Shown here in pieces: positions 31,391-40,988 of a DNA stretch of 64,000 bases. This stretch comes from an uncultured Acidobacteriota bacterium (GTDB lineage Bacteria; Acidobacteriota; UBA6911), in assembly GCA_963809485.1 (NCBI GenBank), contig CAWEJX010000020.1, positions 640,001 to 704,000 on the forward strand, written 5' to 3'. Under the pieces are notes generated by a model that searched no databases, was not told where the DNA came from, and worked only from the letters and a program-made list of their open reading frames with translations. Both the position numbers and the translations under genes were made by a program. Position 1 is the first letter of the stretch; every line of letters begins with the position of its first letter.

Positions 31391-32695
31391 GTGACAAACT
31401 CGCGCAGCGTTCACATTCTGGCCAAACCAGTCGGACCTATCTGCAACCTGAACTGCAGATATTGCTATTACCTCGAAAAAGAAAAGCTTTATCCGTCCCG
31501 GGCAAAATTTTCGGATTGGATCCTGCCTGAGCGGATACTCGAGGAATTCATCCGCCAATACATACATGCGCAATCATCCCCGACCGTAAGTTTCGCATGG
31601 CAGGGAGGTGAGCCGACCCTTCTGGGAGTCGATTATTTCGGAAAAGTGGTCGCCCTGCAGCGAAAATACGCCGACGGCAAACGGATCGAAAACACATTGC
31701 AGACAAACGGCATCCTGCTGAACGACCGGTGGGGGGAGTTTCTGGCCGCGAACCGTTTCCTAGTCGGCCTGTCGATCGACGGACCGCGTCCTCTGCACGA
31801 TTGCTGCCGCGTCGATCAAGGCGGCGCGCCGAGCTTCGACAAGGCCGTTGCCGGTATCGGTTATCTAAAAAAGCACGGGGTGGAATTCAACACGCTCACG
31901 GTTGTGCAGAAAAAGAACTCCCTGCATCCTCTGGATGTCTATCGCTTTCTCAAAGAGGCAGGGAGCGGCTTCATTCAGTTCATACCCGTCGTAGAACGTG
32001 TGGCAGGCAGCTTGGACTCGCGGTTTCCAGCCTCGCCTCACTCCCATGATCCGGCCCGTATTTCAGACTGGTCTGTCGAACCGCTGCAGTACGGAAAGTT
32101 TCTTTGCGCGGTATTTGACGATTGGGTGCGCCATGATGTCGGGAAGGTGTTTGTCCAGCTCTTTGACGTGACACTGGAAGCCTGGGTTGGCCGGGAGCCC
32201 GGCGTTTGCGTATTTCAGCGCACCTGCGGATCTGCCCTGGTAATCGAACACAACGGCGATATCTATTCCTGCGACCATTACGTCTATCCCGAAAACAGGC
32301 TGGGAAACCTCATGGACCAGCCCCTCGGGTCCATGCTCAATTCTCCGGCTCAGACGCAATTCGGCCGGAACAAACTGGAACGGCTGCCTCGTCGATGCCT
32401 GGAGTGCGGCGTCCGCTTTGCCTGTAACGGCGAGTGCCCGAAACATCGTTTTGTATCAACGCCCGACGGCGAAAGCAACCTGAATTATCTCTGTCCCGCC
32501 TACAAGCTGTTTTTCACACGCGTCAATCCCTGCATGGAATTCATGGCTGCGGAACTGCGCGCGCAGCGGCCTCCCTCAAATGTCATGGCGTGGATCAAGG
32601 AAGGCCGCGCAGGCGGTCAAAAAAAGCCGGGAAGAAACGATCCCTGCCCGTGCGGTAGCGGTCTCAAATACAAGCGCTGCTGTGGAAAAAATTGA
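31391..32695 (+). CDS. Anaerobic sulfatase-maturating radical SAM enzyme (AslB/ChuR-like) with SPASM domain and C-terminal SEC-C motif
   Basis: CNLNCRYCYY, WQGGEPTL, YSCDHYV, CxxC-x5-CNGECPK and GRNDPCPCGSGLKYKRCCG. Confidence 0.95.
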   Translation: MTNSRSVHILAKPVGPICNLNCRYCYYLEKEKLYPSRAKFSDWILPERILEEFIRQYIHAQSSPTVSFAWQGGEPTLLGVDYFGKVVALQRKYADGKRIENTLQTNGILLNDRWGEFLAANRFLVGLSIDGPRPLHDCCRVDQGGAPSFDKAVAGIGYLKKHGVEFNTLTVVQKKNSLHPLDVYRFLKEAGSGFIQFIPVVERVAGSLDSRFPASPHSHDPARISDWSVEPLQYGKFLCAVFDDWVRHDVGKVFVQLFDVTLEAWVGREPGVCVFQRTCGSALVIEHNGDIYSCDHYVYPENRLGNLMDQPLGSMLNSPAQTQFGRNKLERLPRRCLECGVRFACNGECPKHRFVSTPDGESNLNYLCPAYKLFFTRVNPCMEFMAAELRAQRPPSNVMAWIKEGRAGGQKKPGRNDPCPCGSGLKYKRCCGKN

Positions 32696-32749
32696 ACTCC
32701 CTGGTCCTGCGCCGCGGAAATGCGCGGACAATTGACATTTGTGTTTCTC

Positions 32750-32788
32750 TCAGCGTTCTTCCGCGCTCTTGTCGGCGTTTGTCCGCGT
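32750..32788 (-). repeat. 4x RCGCYGA element, 10-12-10 spacing
   Basis: Plus strand TCAGCGT 32750, TCCGCGC 32760, TCGGCGT 32772, TCCGCGT 32782. Confidence 0.7.
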
Positions 32789-32816
32789 TAAGCAAAAACA
32801 AGATGCTCCGCCGGAG

Positions 32817-34223
32817 CTACTTCATCTCGTTGCCGTAATGGTCGGCCAGCTGGTCCGCGGTAAAGGTCGCCGAGGAAGCTTTGGGATCCTCGGGCAGCAT
32901 GGTTGTATTCCATGATTCGTAGTCCGCTTTGAGTTGTGCGAATATCGCCGGCTGTTTCTGCTTTAGATTCGCTCTTTCAAGCGGGTCATCGACAACGTTA
33001 AACAGGAATTCGTTTTTGCCGATCTTCAGATACTTCATGTCCCCGTCGCGCACCGCGCGCTGCCCGGCATATTTGTAGCGCCAGAACAGCTTGCGCGGGA
33101 CGGGAGCCGCGTTCCGCGTGAGGACCGAAGCAAGACTGGTCCCGTCCGGGGCATAGCCAGGCTGCGGTGAAACGCCCGCTAGCTCGAGGAGCGTCGGCAT
33201 CCAATCCATTGAAATCGCCACCTGGCCGTTGGACTTGCCCGCACGAATGCGGCCAGGCCAGCGCACCAGCGCCGGGACTCTCAACCCGCCCTCCAGAAGC
33301 TCGGTTTTCTTGCCCGTGAAAGGCCAGGTGTCGGAAAAACGCTCGCCTCCATTGTCGCTGGTAAAAATCACGATGGTATTTTGGGCGATACCGGCCGATT
33401 CCAGTGCTTTCAGGACTCTGCCCACCTGCAAGTCCAGCTGTCCGACCATACGCGCGAACGTTTTTATGGATCCCCCATCCAGGTGGTAGATAGACCCGAG
33501 ATTGCGCGCCACTTCCTCATCCCCGGGCGCTTCCCAGGGCCAATGAGGAGCGGTGAAGTGCAGGCTCAGGAAGAAAGGCCGTTTGCCTTTCGCGTAGGTG
33601 CCGATAGCTTTCACTGCCTGATCCCCAAGGAGGTCCGTCAGATAGCCCTCGCGCTGGATTCTTTCATCGTCCTCCCAGAGATCCACAGGGATGTTTGCAC
33701 CGGTGCCGAACTTGTGCGTGAAGTAATCCACTCCCCCGCCCCGTATGCCCCAGAAATGGTCGTAGCCGCTCTTGAGCGGGCCGTAATTGGGCGGATTCCC
33801 CAGATGCCATTTTCCAATCAGGGTAGTTGCGTAGCCGGCCTTTTTCAGCATGGAAGGCAGCGTGGAGTGTTCGGGAGGAAGGCCGACATCTCTCACGCCG
33901 AGAGGTTCCTCCAAGCCAACGGGCAGCCGGTATTGATAGCGGCCCGTTATAAGAGCCGCACGAGTGGCGGAGCACACCGAAGAGTTTGCATACGCCTGGG
34001 TGAATTTCATGCCTCCGGCGGCGATCCGGTCGATGTTGGGAGTGCTGAAATCGCGCCGCCCGTAGCAGGAAAGGTCCGCATAGCCCAGATCGTCGGCCAT
34101 GATGAATACAATATTGGGGCGAGAACCTTTTGCCCCGGCCAGAGTGTTTCCCAGAGCCAGGACAAAAGGGGCTGCGGATGCTTTGAGCAAATTCCTTCGA
34201 GTCACGCAAGACATGTCGGCCAT
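32817..34223 (-). CDS. Tat-exported arylsulfatase-family sulfatase
   Basis: TRRNLLK twin-arginine signal; RPNIVFIMADDLG, CSATRAALITGR, GKWHLG and FTSDNG motifs; RBS GAGGAGG. Confidence 0.93.
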   Translation of the reverse strand: MADMSCVTRRNLLKASAAPFVLALGNTLAGAKGSRPNIVFIMADDLGYADLSCYGRRDFSTPNIDRIAAGGMKFTQAYANSSVCSATRAALITGRYQYRLPVGLEEPLGVRDVGLPPEHSTLPSMLKKAGYATTLIGKWHLGNPPNYGPLKSGYDHFWGIRGGGVDYFTHKFGTGANIPVDLWEDDERIQREGYLTDLLGDQAVKAIGTYAKGKRPFFLSLHFTAPHWPWEAPGDEEVARNLGSIYHLDGGSIKTFARMVGQLDLQVGRVLKALESAGIAQNTIVIFTSDNGGERFSDTWPFTGKKTELLEGGLRVPALVRWPGRIRAGKSNGQVAISMDWMPTLLELAGVSPQPGYAPDGTSLASVLTRNAAPVPRKLFWRYKYAGQRAVRDGDMKYLKIGKNEFLFNVVDDPLERANLKQKQPAIFAQLKADYESWNTTMLPEDPKASSATFTADQLADHYGNEMK

Positions 34224-34233
34224 AATCACCTCC

Positions 34234-35058
34234 TCATCCCTTTTTGCCATCTGCCGGATTCCCATCCAAATCCCTGCCGTGAATCCAGCGGAACACGGCG
34301 TCCCGGCCTTCCTCGTCCGGTTTCCTTCTGCTGCGCAGACTATCCAGGCTGCTTTCCATGATCTGATAGACATCCTGTATGAGCTTGTGCTTTTCCCCCT
34401 TCACATACGATGAAAGATCGATAGGACTGCCAATTTTGATCCGTATGACGACGCCCGGATTTACCTGCAGCGTTTTGGGCATGATCACACGATAGCTGCC
34501 CTCGAGCGTAATCGGGATCAGGGGGACGCCCGTGCGCAGCGCGAGTGAAAAGGCCCCGCTGTGGAACTTTCCCAGTCCTCCCGTCCGGCTGCGGGTTCCC
34601 TCAGGGAAAGCAATGGCATTCACTCCACCCTGAATTACCCGCGCAGCCTCAATGATGCTCCGGGCGGCCTCGCGGGGATTTTCGCGGTCGATGGCAATGT
34701 ACCCGGACCGATTCATATGCCAGCCCATGAAAGGCACCCGGAAAAGGGACTTCTTGGCAATCCAGCGAAACTGGATGGGCAGGAATGCCGATAGCGAGAG
34801 AATGTCGTGCAATCCGCTGTGGTTGGCGACAAAAATCTGAGGACGGCCCCGGTCAATGTGTTCCAGGTCCTCGATTTCGACTCGGGCGCGGCTCAACCAA
34901 AGATTATCCCTGGACCACCGGCGCATGCAATAATGCTGAAGCCTGCCGCTGCCTGAAACCAGGCTGCCAAGCAGTGACACAGTTGCCCAGAACGCTGTGC
35001 TCAGACCGCATCCCGTCCAGCACCAGATGGTAAAAAGCCTGGCTTTGAATCGTTCCAT
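34234..35058 (-). CDS. plsC: 1-acyl-sn-glycerol-3-phosphate acyltransferase (PlsC family)
   Basis: NHxxxxD (NHSGLHD), AKKSLF, IDR and FPEGTRS motifs. Confidence 0.88.
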   Translation of the reverse strand: MERFKARLFTIWCWTGCGLSTAFWATVSLLGSLVSGSGRLQHYCMRRWSRDNLWLSRARVEIEDLEHIDRGRPQIFVANHSGLHDILSLSAFLPIQFRWIAKKSLFRVPFMGWHMNRSGYIAIDRENPREAARSIIEAARVIQGGVNAIAFPEGTRSRTGGLGKFHSGAFSLALRTGVPLIPITLEGSYRVIMPKTLQVNPGVVIRIKIGSPIDLSSYVKGEKHKLIQDVYQIMESSLDSLRSRRKPDEEGRDAVFRWIHGRDLDGNPADGKKG

Positions 35059-35229
35059 TCTGAAGAATTTATCACAAGCGGACAGACCGGAACCTCAGAA
35101 AAAACGGATGATGACTGCAGGGATTTTGCGGATGAAATATATCCTTCCTGATGCAATGACCGCTGCTTCGATGAAACAGGAAGACTACCCGCTGTTCCCC
35201 ATAAATATTTCGACAATTCCGCAGCGTAA

Positions 35230-35602
35230 GTCAGGCACCTCCGGCAAAGCCGGAGGCTTGAAAGATTGGAACCGCTCAAAGCGGTTGGAGGAGTTTCGCC
35301 GGTCTTGAACGCTGACTTACGCGGGCAAAAGTCGATGAGGCGCTTCCGATCCCCGCAGGGGCCAGCGCTCCGCGCTGGACAGTTTTCTGCGGCGGCACTG
35401 TGGCACGCGCCGTGCGGCAAGGAGATGAAGGATATGAGAAACCGGGCGTTTGCCACAGGGCCGCCGCAGAAAACTCCATCGGAAGCGCCTCATCGGCTTT
35501 TGCTCGCCGACCCTCGCCGAACCATCGGCGTTTCTCAGCGTTTCAAAATACGGAGCTGTCAAACTCTTTGAGTCCCCCGGCAGAGCCGTGGGTTTACCAA
35601 TG
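35230..35602 (-). mobile_element. Non-autonomous IS200/IS605-family derivative, copy 3 (longest)
   Basis: Same ends as copies 1 and 2; extra nested hairpin at about 35381-35475. Confidence 0.8.
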
Positions 35603-35605
35603 GAA

Positions 35606-37024
35606 TTATTTGGGCACGATCCCGCCCCGGCTTGCGCGTTTTCGAACGTTCCAGAAGTAGAAGACCGGCATGCCCGTCATCACAATGATGAGGCCCGGCC
35701 ATGTATATTTTGGCTTTACCCAGAGGAGGTCCAGCATCACCAGTGATGCCATGATGATGTATATCCCGGGCAGCACCGGGTAGCCGAACGCTTTATAGGG
35801 CCGATCCAGGTCCGGCCGCTTCCTGCGCAGGACAAAGAGCCCGCATACCGTGAGAACATAAAACAGCAGTGCGGCGAAAATTACGTAATCCAGAAGATCG
35901 CTGTACGTGCCGCTGAGCACCAAAAGCGACGCCCAGACGGCCTGGAAAATGAGGGAAAAAACCGGAGTATGGGTTTTGGGTGAGATCCTTGCGGCCCGCT
36001 CGAAAAAAAGCCCGTCCGCCGCCATCGCGTAATAAACACGGGCGCCGGCCAGGATAAGGCCGTTCGCACATCCAAACGTTGAAACCAGAATGGCCAGATT
36101 GATGAAAGTCAATCCCCAGGGGCCCATCAGGCCCTGGGCGGCCAGCGTGCCCACACGGTCTTCAGGCGCCGATGCAATGGCGGCCAGAGGCAAAACTTTC
36201 AGGTAGACTATATTGGTGCAGATAAATATCAGGGATACAGCCGCCGTCCCGACAAACAACGACAAGGGCAGGTTTCGCTTCGGATTTACAACCTCACTGC
36301 CGGTGAAAGTAACATTGTTCCAGGCATCCGAGGAAAACAGCGAACCGACGAGCGTGCCGCCAAAAAGAGCGAGTATCGACAGGCTGATCGAACCGGGAAA
36401 CAAGGAACCGAAATTCCCCCGGACTGCCTCCGGATTTCCGGGGAGCATCAGCCCCAGAATTACGAGCACCAGCAATCCCCCCACCTTCGCGCTGGTGAAG
36501 ATGTTTTGCACGGTCGCGCCTTCCCGCAATCCCAGGCAATTCACCCAGGTGAGCAGGGCAACGACCAAAATTGCCGTGCAATGCTGGCTGGAGATTTGAA
36601 AGCCGAAGGGAAGGATCAAAATTATATTGGATGCGGACACCCAGGGCACAAAAATGCCTGTGAATTTTGCGAAGGCCACTACGACAGCCGCTATCGTGCC
36701 GGTTTGAATGACCAGGAACAGCGTCCAGCCGTACAGGAAACCAAACAGAGGGCCGAAGGCTTCACGGAGAAACACATATTGCCCGCCTGCCCGGGGCATC
36801 GCCGCCGCCAACTCTCCGTAACACAGCGCCGCCATCACGGTCATTACGGCGGCAACTACCCAGGACAGAAGCAGCAATCCGGGCGACATGGTCGTACGCG
36901 CCATATCCGCCGATACGATAAATATGCCGGATCCGATCATGCCGCCCGCGATGATGGCGATCGCATCAAAGAGCTTGAGCCCCTGCACGAGCTGGCCGGC
37001 TTCGCCGGTGTTACCGTCAGACAT
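35606..37024 (-). CDS. APC-family amino acid permease
   Basis: GGMIGSGIF, YGELAAAMPRAGGQY, GARVYYAMA and RPYKAFGYP motifs; about 12 TM helices. Confidence 0.93.
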   Translation of the reverse strand: MSDGNTGEAGQLVQGLKLFDAIAIIAGGMIGSGIFIVSADMARTTMSPGLLLLSWVVAAVMTVMAALCYGELAAAMPRAGGQYVFLREAFGPLFGFLYGWTLFLVIQTGTIAAVVVAFAKFTGIFVPWVSASNIILILPFGFQISSQHCTAILVVALLTWVNCLGLREGATVQNIFTSAKVGGLLVLVILGLMLPGNPEAVRGNFGSLFPGSISLSILALFGGTLVGSLFSSDAWNNVTFTGSEVVNPKRNLPLSLFVGTAAVSLIFICTNIVYLKVLPLAAIASAPEDRVGTLAAQGLMGPWGLTFINLAILVSTFGCANGLILAGARVYYAMAADGLFFERAARISPKTHTPVFSLIFQAVWASLLVLSGTYSDLLDYVIFAALLFYVLTVCGLFVLRRKRPDLDRPYKAFGYPVLPGIYIIMASLVMLDLLWVKPKYTWPGLIIVMTGMPVFYFWNVRKRASRGGIVPK

Positions 37025-37132
37025 GAATTTGTCCCCTGAATGTACCGCGGTTCATCACCCGTGATCCGCGATATAAACGCGCAGTTCGTTGGGCAAATTT
37101 CTTAATTTGCCGCCGTTGCGTTACCCCGTTCT

Positions 37133-37339
37133 TTATTGCTCGATTTTAAAGCCGACCTTAAGGACGACCTGATACTCCACGACCTTCGCGTCTTTGACAT
37201 GGCCGCGCTGTTCAATGACCTCGAACCAGTCCATGTGGCGCACGGTTTTGGAGGCCTCCGCGATCGCGGATTGAACCGCTTCGGAAAATCCGGCCGGCGA
37301 GGTCCCAACGATTTCAATTTTCTTATAGGTTCCGGGCAT
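37133..37339 (-). CDS. Dodecin (flavin-binding protein)
   Basis: YKKIEIVGTS, WFEVIEQRG and YQVVLKVGF motifs. Confidence 0.92.
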   Translation of the reverse strand: MPGTYKKIEIVGTSPAGFSEAVQSAIAEASKTVRHMDWFEVIEQRGHVKDAKVVEYQVVLKVGFKIEQ

Positions 37340-37443
37340 GGGTATATCTCCTTGAATTGTGCCCATCATAAGCGAAAAGGGTGACAGGCGGCAATTATTC
37401 AGTATATAAAATAAGGAGATGGGTGCCAGGCACCGATTTCCCT

Positions 37444-38631
37444 ATGGAACTGATGCCGCGAAGTGAGGCCGAACATCGATTACGGCAGATCCAGGAGCGA
37501 ATGCAGGAATCCTCTGTGGACGCTGCCTTCATCCTGCAGAATGCGGACCTGTACTATTTTTCCGGGACAATTCAACGCGGCCTGCTCTGCCTTCCCCGTG
37601 AAGGGAAACCTTTGTACCTCGTGAACAAAAGCCTGAGCCGGGCCAGGTCGGAAGCCGCCTGGGACGATATTTTACCCATGCCCAGGCTGGAGGACGCCCC
37701 GCGCATCATGGAAACGGCCGGGATCAGCCGCCTTGGACGGGTGGGACTCGAAATGGATGTCCTGCCGGCAGCCCATTATTTCCGGCTGGCAAAGATGTTT
37801 CCCGGCACAGAATTCCTAGACATATCAAGCGATATAAGAAATATCCGGAGGATCAAGTCGTCCTATGAAGTCGGCCAGATCCGGAATGCCGCGCGGATGA
37901 TCCTTCATGCATGGAAGGAGCTGCCCACCTGGATACGCCCCGGCGTTTCCGAGCTTGAAGTGCTGGCCCGGATGGAGCAGTTTCTGCGTCTTCACGGGCA
38001 CCAGGGAATCCAGCGCACGCGCGGCTTTAACTTCGAGGTTGGCTACGGCGCATTTTCAGCAGGCGCCAGCGCCTGTTTCCCGACCTCCTTCCCGGGCGCC
38101 ACGGGATTCATGGGTTTATACCCGGCGATCTCCAATACGGGCAGCGAACACCGCCTGAAGCCGGGCGAACCTTTGCTGGTCGACATCTCCGGCGGCTACG
38201 GCGGCTACCTGGCGGACGCCGCGCGCACCTTCGTCCTGGGCGATCTCGAGCCCGATATGCGAAAAGCTCATGAGTTTATGATGGTGCTGAATGACGGGAT
38301 TGAATCGATGCTGATGCCCGGCGTCCAATGCCGTGAAATCTGCGAGCATGCTTTCAGGAAGGCGGAAGCCGGTCTGACCGCAGGCGCTTTCATGGGGACA
38401 GGCGACAACCATCTGCGCTATATCGGGCACGGCGTTGGATTGGAGTTGGACGAACTGCCGGTTCTGGCGTCCGGAAGCAACGCAATTCTGGAACCCGGCA
38501 TGACCCTGGCCATCGAACCCAAGGTTTTTTTCCCCGATCGCGGAGGGGTTGGGATCGAGAATATGTACCTGATCACGGAAACCGGATTCGAAAAGCTCAC
38601 TCCCTACAGCGAGGATGTGATCCTTATTTAA
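37444..38631 (+). CDS. Xaa-Pro aminopeptidase / M24B peptidase
   Basis: DLYYFSG, RRIKS, D-x10-D, GHGVGLELDE, AIEPK and GIEN motifs. Confidence 0.9.
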   Translation: MELMPRSEAEHRLRQIQERMQESSVDAAFILQNADLYYFSGTIQRGLLCLPREGKPLYLVNKSLSRARSEAAWDDILPMPRLEDAPRIMETAGISRLGRVGLEMDVLPAAHYFRLAKMFPGTEFLDISSDIRNIRRIKSSYEVGQIRNAARMILHAWKELPTWIRPGVSELEVLARMEQFLRLHGHQGIQRTRGFNFEVGYGAFSAGASACFPTSFPGATGFMGLYPAISNTGSEHRLKPGEPLLVDISGGYGGYLADAARTFVLGDLEPDMRKAHEFMMVLNDGIESMLMPGVQCREICEHAFRKAEAGLTAGAFMGTGDNHLRYIGHGVGLELDELPVLASGSNAILEPGMTLAIEPKVFFPDRGGVGIENMYLITETGFEKLTPYSEDVILI

Positions 38632-38685
38632 GGTTCTGCATTGGGAATCGCCGAATATATTTTTCAGGGCTCCTCGGAGCTTTTG

Positions 38686-39171
38686 TCAGCGCAATTCCGC
38701 GCTGCCTGTGCCTGAAGTCTCCCGCCGTTTTTTTTCGGCTTTCTCCAGCCAGCCCCGACGCGTTTTTTCGATGGGAACGCTCGAGGTGTAGGGCTTGATG
38801 TCAAGCACAGGCGTGCCGTCCAGCATGTCAATTCCTTTCAGGTGAAGCGAGGCTCCCTCCCGCCGAACGAGTTCGACGGTGGAGAGTCCTATGGCATTGG
38901 GACGCCGCGGAGACCGGGTGGCGAAAACTCCGTGGACCAGTCCGTCGGTAGGATTTATCCCCACAAGCTCGAAGTCCCGCGACTTGTGAAAAACCCAGAT
39001 AATCATCAAGTGAGAGAATCCCTCAATATCCTGAAGACCTGCCTCAAATTCAGGCAGAACCTCAAGAACCCCCTCCATCGTGTGGGTCGTACCGAGGCCT
39101 TTGGGCACTTCCTGAGTATCTTTGTAGGGGCTGCGTATATATCCGATCGGCTGCATTTTCCATTCTTTCAT
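38686..39171 (-). CDS. tsaA: tRNA m6t6A37 methyltransferase TrmO/TsaA-like (N-terminal domain only)
   Basis: PIGYIRSPY, GVFATRSPRRPNAIGLS and DGTPVLDIKPY motifs. Confidence 0.9.
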   Translation of the reverse strand: MKEWKMQPIGYIRSPYKDTQEVPKGLGTTHTMEGVLEVLPEFEAGLQDIEGFSHLMIIWVFHKSRDFELVGINPTDGLVHGVFATRSPRRPNAIGLSTVELVRREGASLHLKGIDMLDGTPVLDIKPYTSSVPIEKTRRGWLEKAEKKRRETSGTGSAELR

Positions 39172-39310
39172 GCTCCTGTTTTAGCAAAACAGGGCCACCG
39201 ATTGCACGCCTAATCGGCGGAACTGGCTGCGCTTATCCGGCAACGGTTGAAATGGGCGGTTGGATTCCCTATGATGTGCCTTTTGAAAAACATCAGGAGT
39301 ATCAGCAGCC

Positions 39311-40930
39311 ATGCCATTGCCAGCCAGGGCGGAGCAGATCCGGGTTCATGAAAAGCCAAACAAGCGCGAGACTGCCGAATCTATGGCCGCGCGCCAGCGA
39401 GAGATCTCGATTTCCGAATTTTTCAGCAAAAACCGACACCTTCTCGGATTCGACAACCCTCAGAAAGCCCTCCTGACGGCTGTCAAGGAAGCGGTGGACA
39501 ACTCCCTGGACGCCTGCGAAGAGGCAGGGATCCTTCCGGTTCTCAAAGTGGATATCCAGCAGTTGGCCGAAGACCGCTTTCGAATAGCCGTTGAAGACAA
39601 CGGCCCCGGCATTGTGAAAGCTCAGATACCCAAGATATTCGGAAAACTCCTGTATGGATCGAAATTTCACACCCTGAAACAGGCAAGGGGGCAGCAAGGC
39701 ATAGGAATTTCGGCGGCAGGCATGTACGGCCTTCTGACCACCGGGAAATCGATCGCGGTGACTTCGCGCACCGGGCCGGATAAGCCGGCTCACTACTATG
39801 AAATCCAGATAGACACGCGCAAGAATGCACCGCAAATCATCACGGACAAGGTGGTCGAATGGGAGCCGGTACACGGAACCAGGGTCGAAATCGAGTTGAT
39901 CGGGACCTATAAAAAAGGCCGTCACTCCGTGGACGACTACATCCGCCAGACAGCCATTGCCAATCCCCACTGCGAGATTTTCTACACCGTTCCGGACTCG
40001 GAACAGCCCCTGCGCCTGCAGAGAGGCTCCAATCTGCTTCCTCCCGAGCCGCGGGAGATCAAGCCCCACCCTTATGGCGTCGAACTCGGGGTGCTCATAA
40101 GGATGATGAAAGAAACTCCGGCCCGGCAGCTCAGCGCTGCGCTGCAGAGGGATTTCTCGCGCGTAAGCAGCCGCGTGGCGATGGAGATCTGCAAAGCGGC
40201 CGCTTTGAGTCCCGGCGCGAACCCGCACACCATTGTGGTGAACGAGGCGGAGAGGCTTTATAAGGCGATCAACGGCGTGAAAATCATGAGTCCCGCCACA
40301 AATTGCCTGTCGCCCATCGGGGAAGAACAGATACTGTCGGGGCTTAAAAAAGAAATCGAGGCATCGTTTTACGTCGCCATCACAAGGGCGCCCGCGGTAT
40401 ATCGTGGAAACCCATTTCAGGTGGAGGTCGGTTTGGCCTATGGAGGCAGCCTGCCCGGTGATGAACTGGTCGATCTCCTTCGATTCGCGAACCGCGTGCC
40501 GCTTCAATATCAGCAATCGGGCTGCGCCATCACCAAAGCCGTGCTCGGGATAGACTGGCGCAGTTACGGGCTTTCTCAGTCCAAAGGCGCCTTGCCCATG
40601 GGGCCGGTTGCTTTGTTCGTGCATATCGCATCTGCCTGGGTGCCCTTTACATCGGAGAGCAAAGAAGCCGTCGCGGCATACCCGGAAATTATGCGCGAGC
40701 TCCGGCTCGCCCTGCAGGATTGCGGGCGCAGGCTGTCAACTCACATCCGGGCGCACCGCCGCGAAGTGGACGAAGAGAAGAAAAAATCGTACATCGAAAA
40801 ATATATTCCGCACATCGGGATTGCCCTGCGCGAAATCCTGGGGCTCACCGAAAAGGCGGAAAAAGAGCTGGTTATAACACTCAAACACATACTCGAACGT
40901 AGTCGGTCCAGGGATGCTATTGAGGATTGA
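39311..40930 (+). CDS. top6B: DNA topoisomerase VI subunit B
   Basis: [12 protein letters not shown] motifs [18 protein letters not shown] and RGQQGIG; KPHPYGVE; RFANRVPL; [10 protein letters not shown]. Confidence 0.95.
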   Translation: MPLPARAEQIRVHEKPNKRETAESMAARQREISISEFFSKNRHLLGFDNPQKALLTAVKEAVDNSLDACEEAGILPVLKVDIQQLAEDRFRIAVEDNGPGIVKAQIPKIFGKLLYGSKFHTLKQARGQQGIGISAAGMYGLLTTGKSIAVTSRTGPDKPAHYYEIQIDTRKNAPQIITDKVVEWEPVHGTRVEIELIGTYKKGRHSVDDYIRQTAIANPHCEIFYTVPDSEQPLRLQRGSNLLPPEPREIKPHPYGVELGVLIRMMKETPARQLSAALQRDFSRVSSRVAMEICKAAALSPGANPHTIVVNEAERLYKAINGVKIMSPATNCLSPIGEEQILSGLKKEIEASFYVAITRAPAVYRGNPFQVEVGLAYGGSLPGDELVDLLRFANRVPLQYQQSGCAITKAVLGIDWRSYGLSQSKGALPMGPVALFVHIASAWVPFTSESKEAVAAYPEIMRELRLALQDCGRRLSTHIRAHRREVDEEKKKSYIEKYIPHIGIALREILGLTEKAEKELVITLKHILERSRSRDAIED

Positions 40931-40988
40931 CGATTGCGGGAAACCGGCGGGAACGAACGCCAGGAATTTGGCTTTGGGAGATTGACTG

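Noticed and set aside
3325-35602. Repeats considered as a CRISPR array
   Set aside because: Copies are dispersed over kilobases, there is no repeat-spacer periodicity and no cas genes are present
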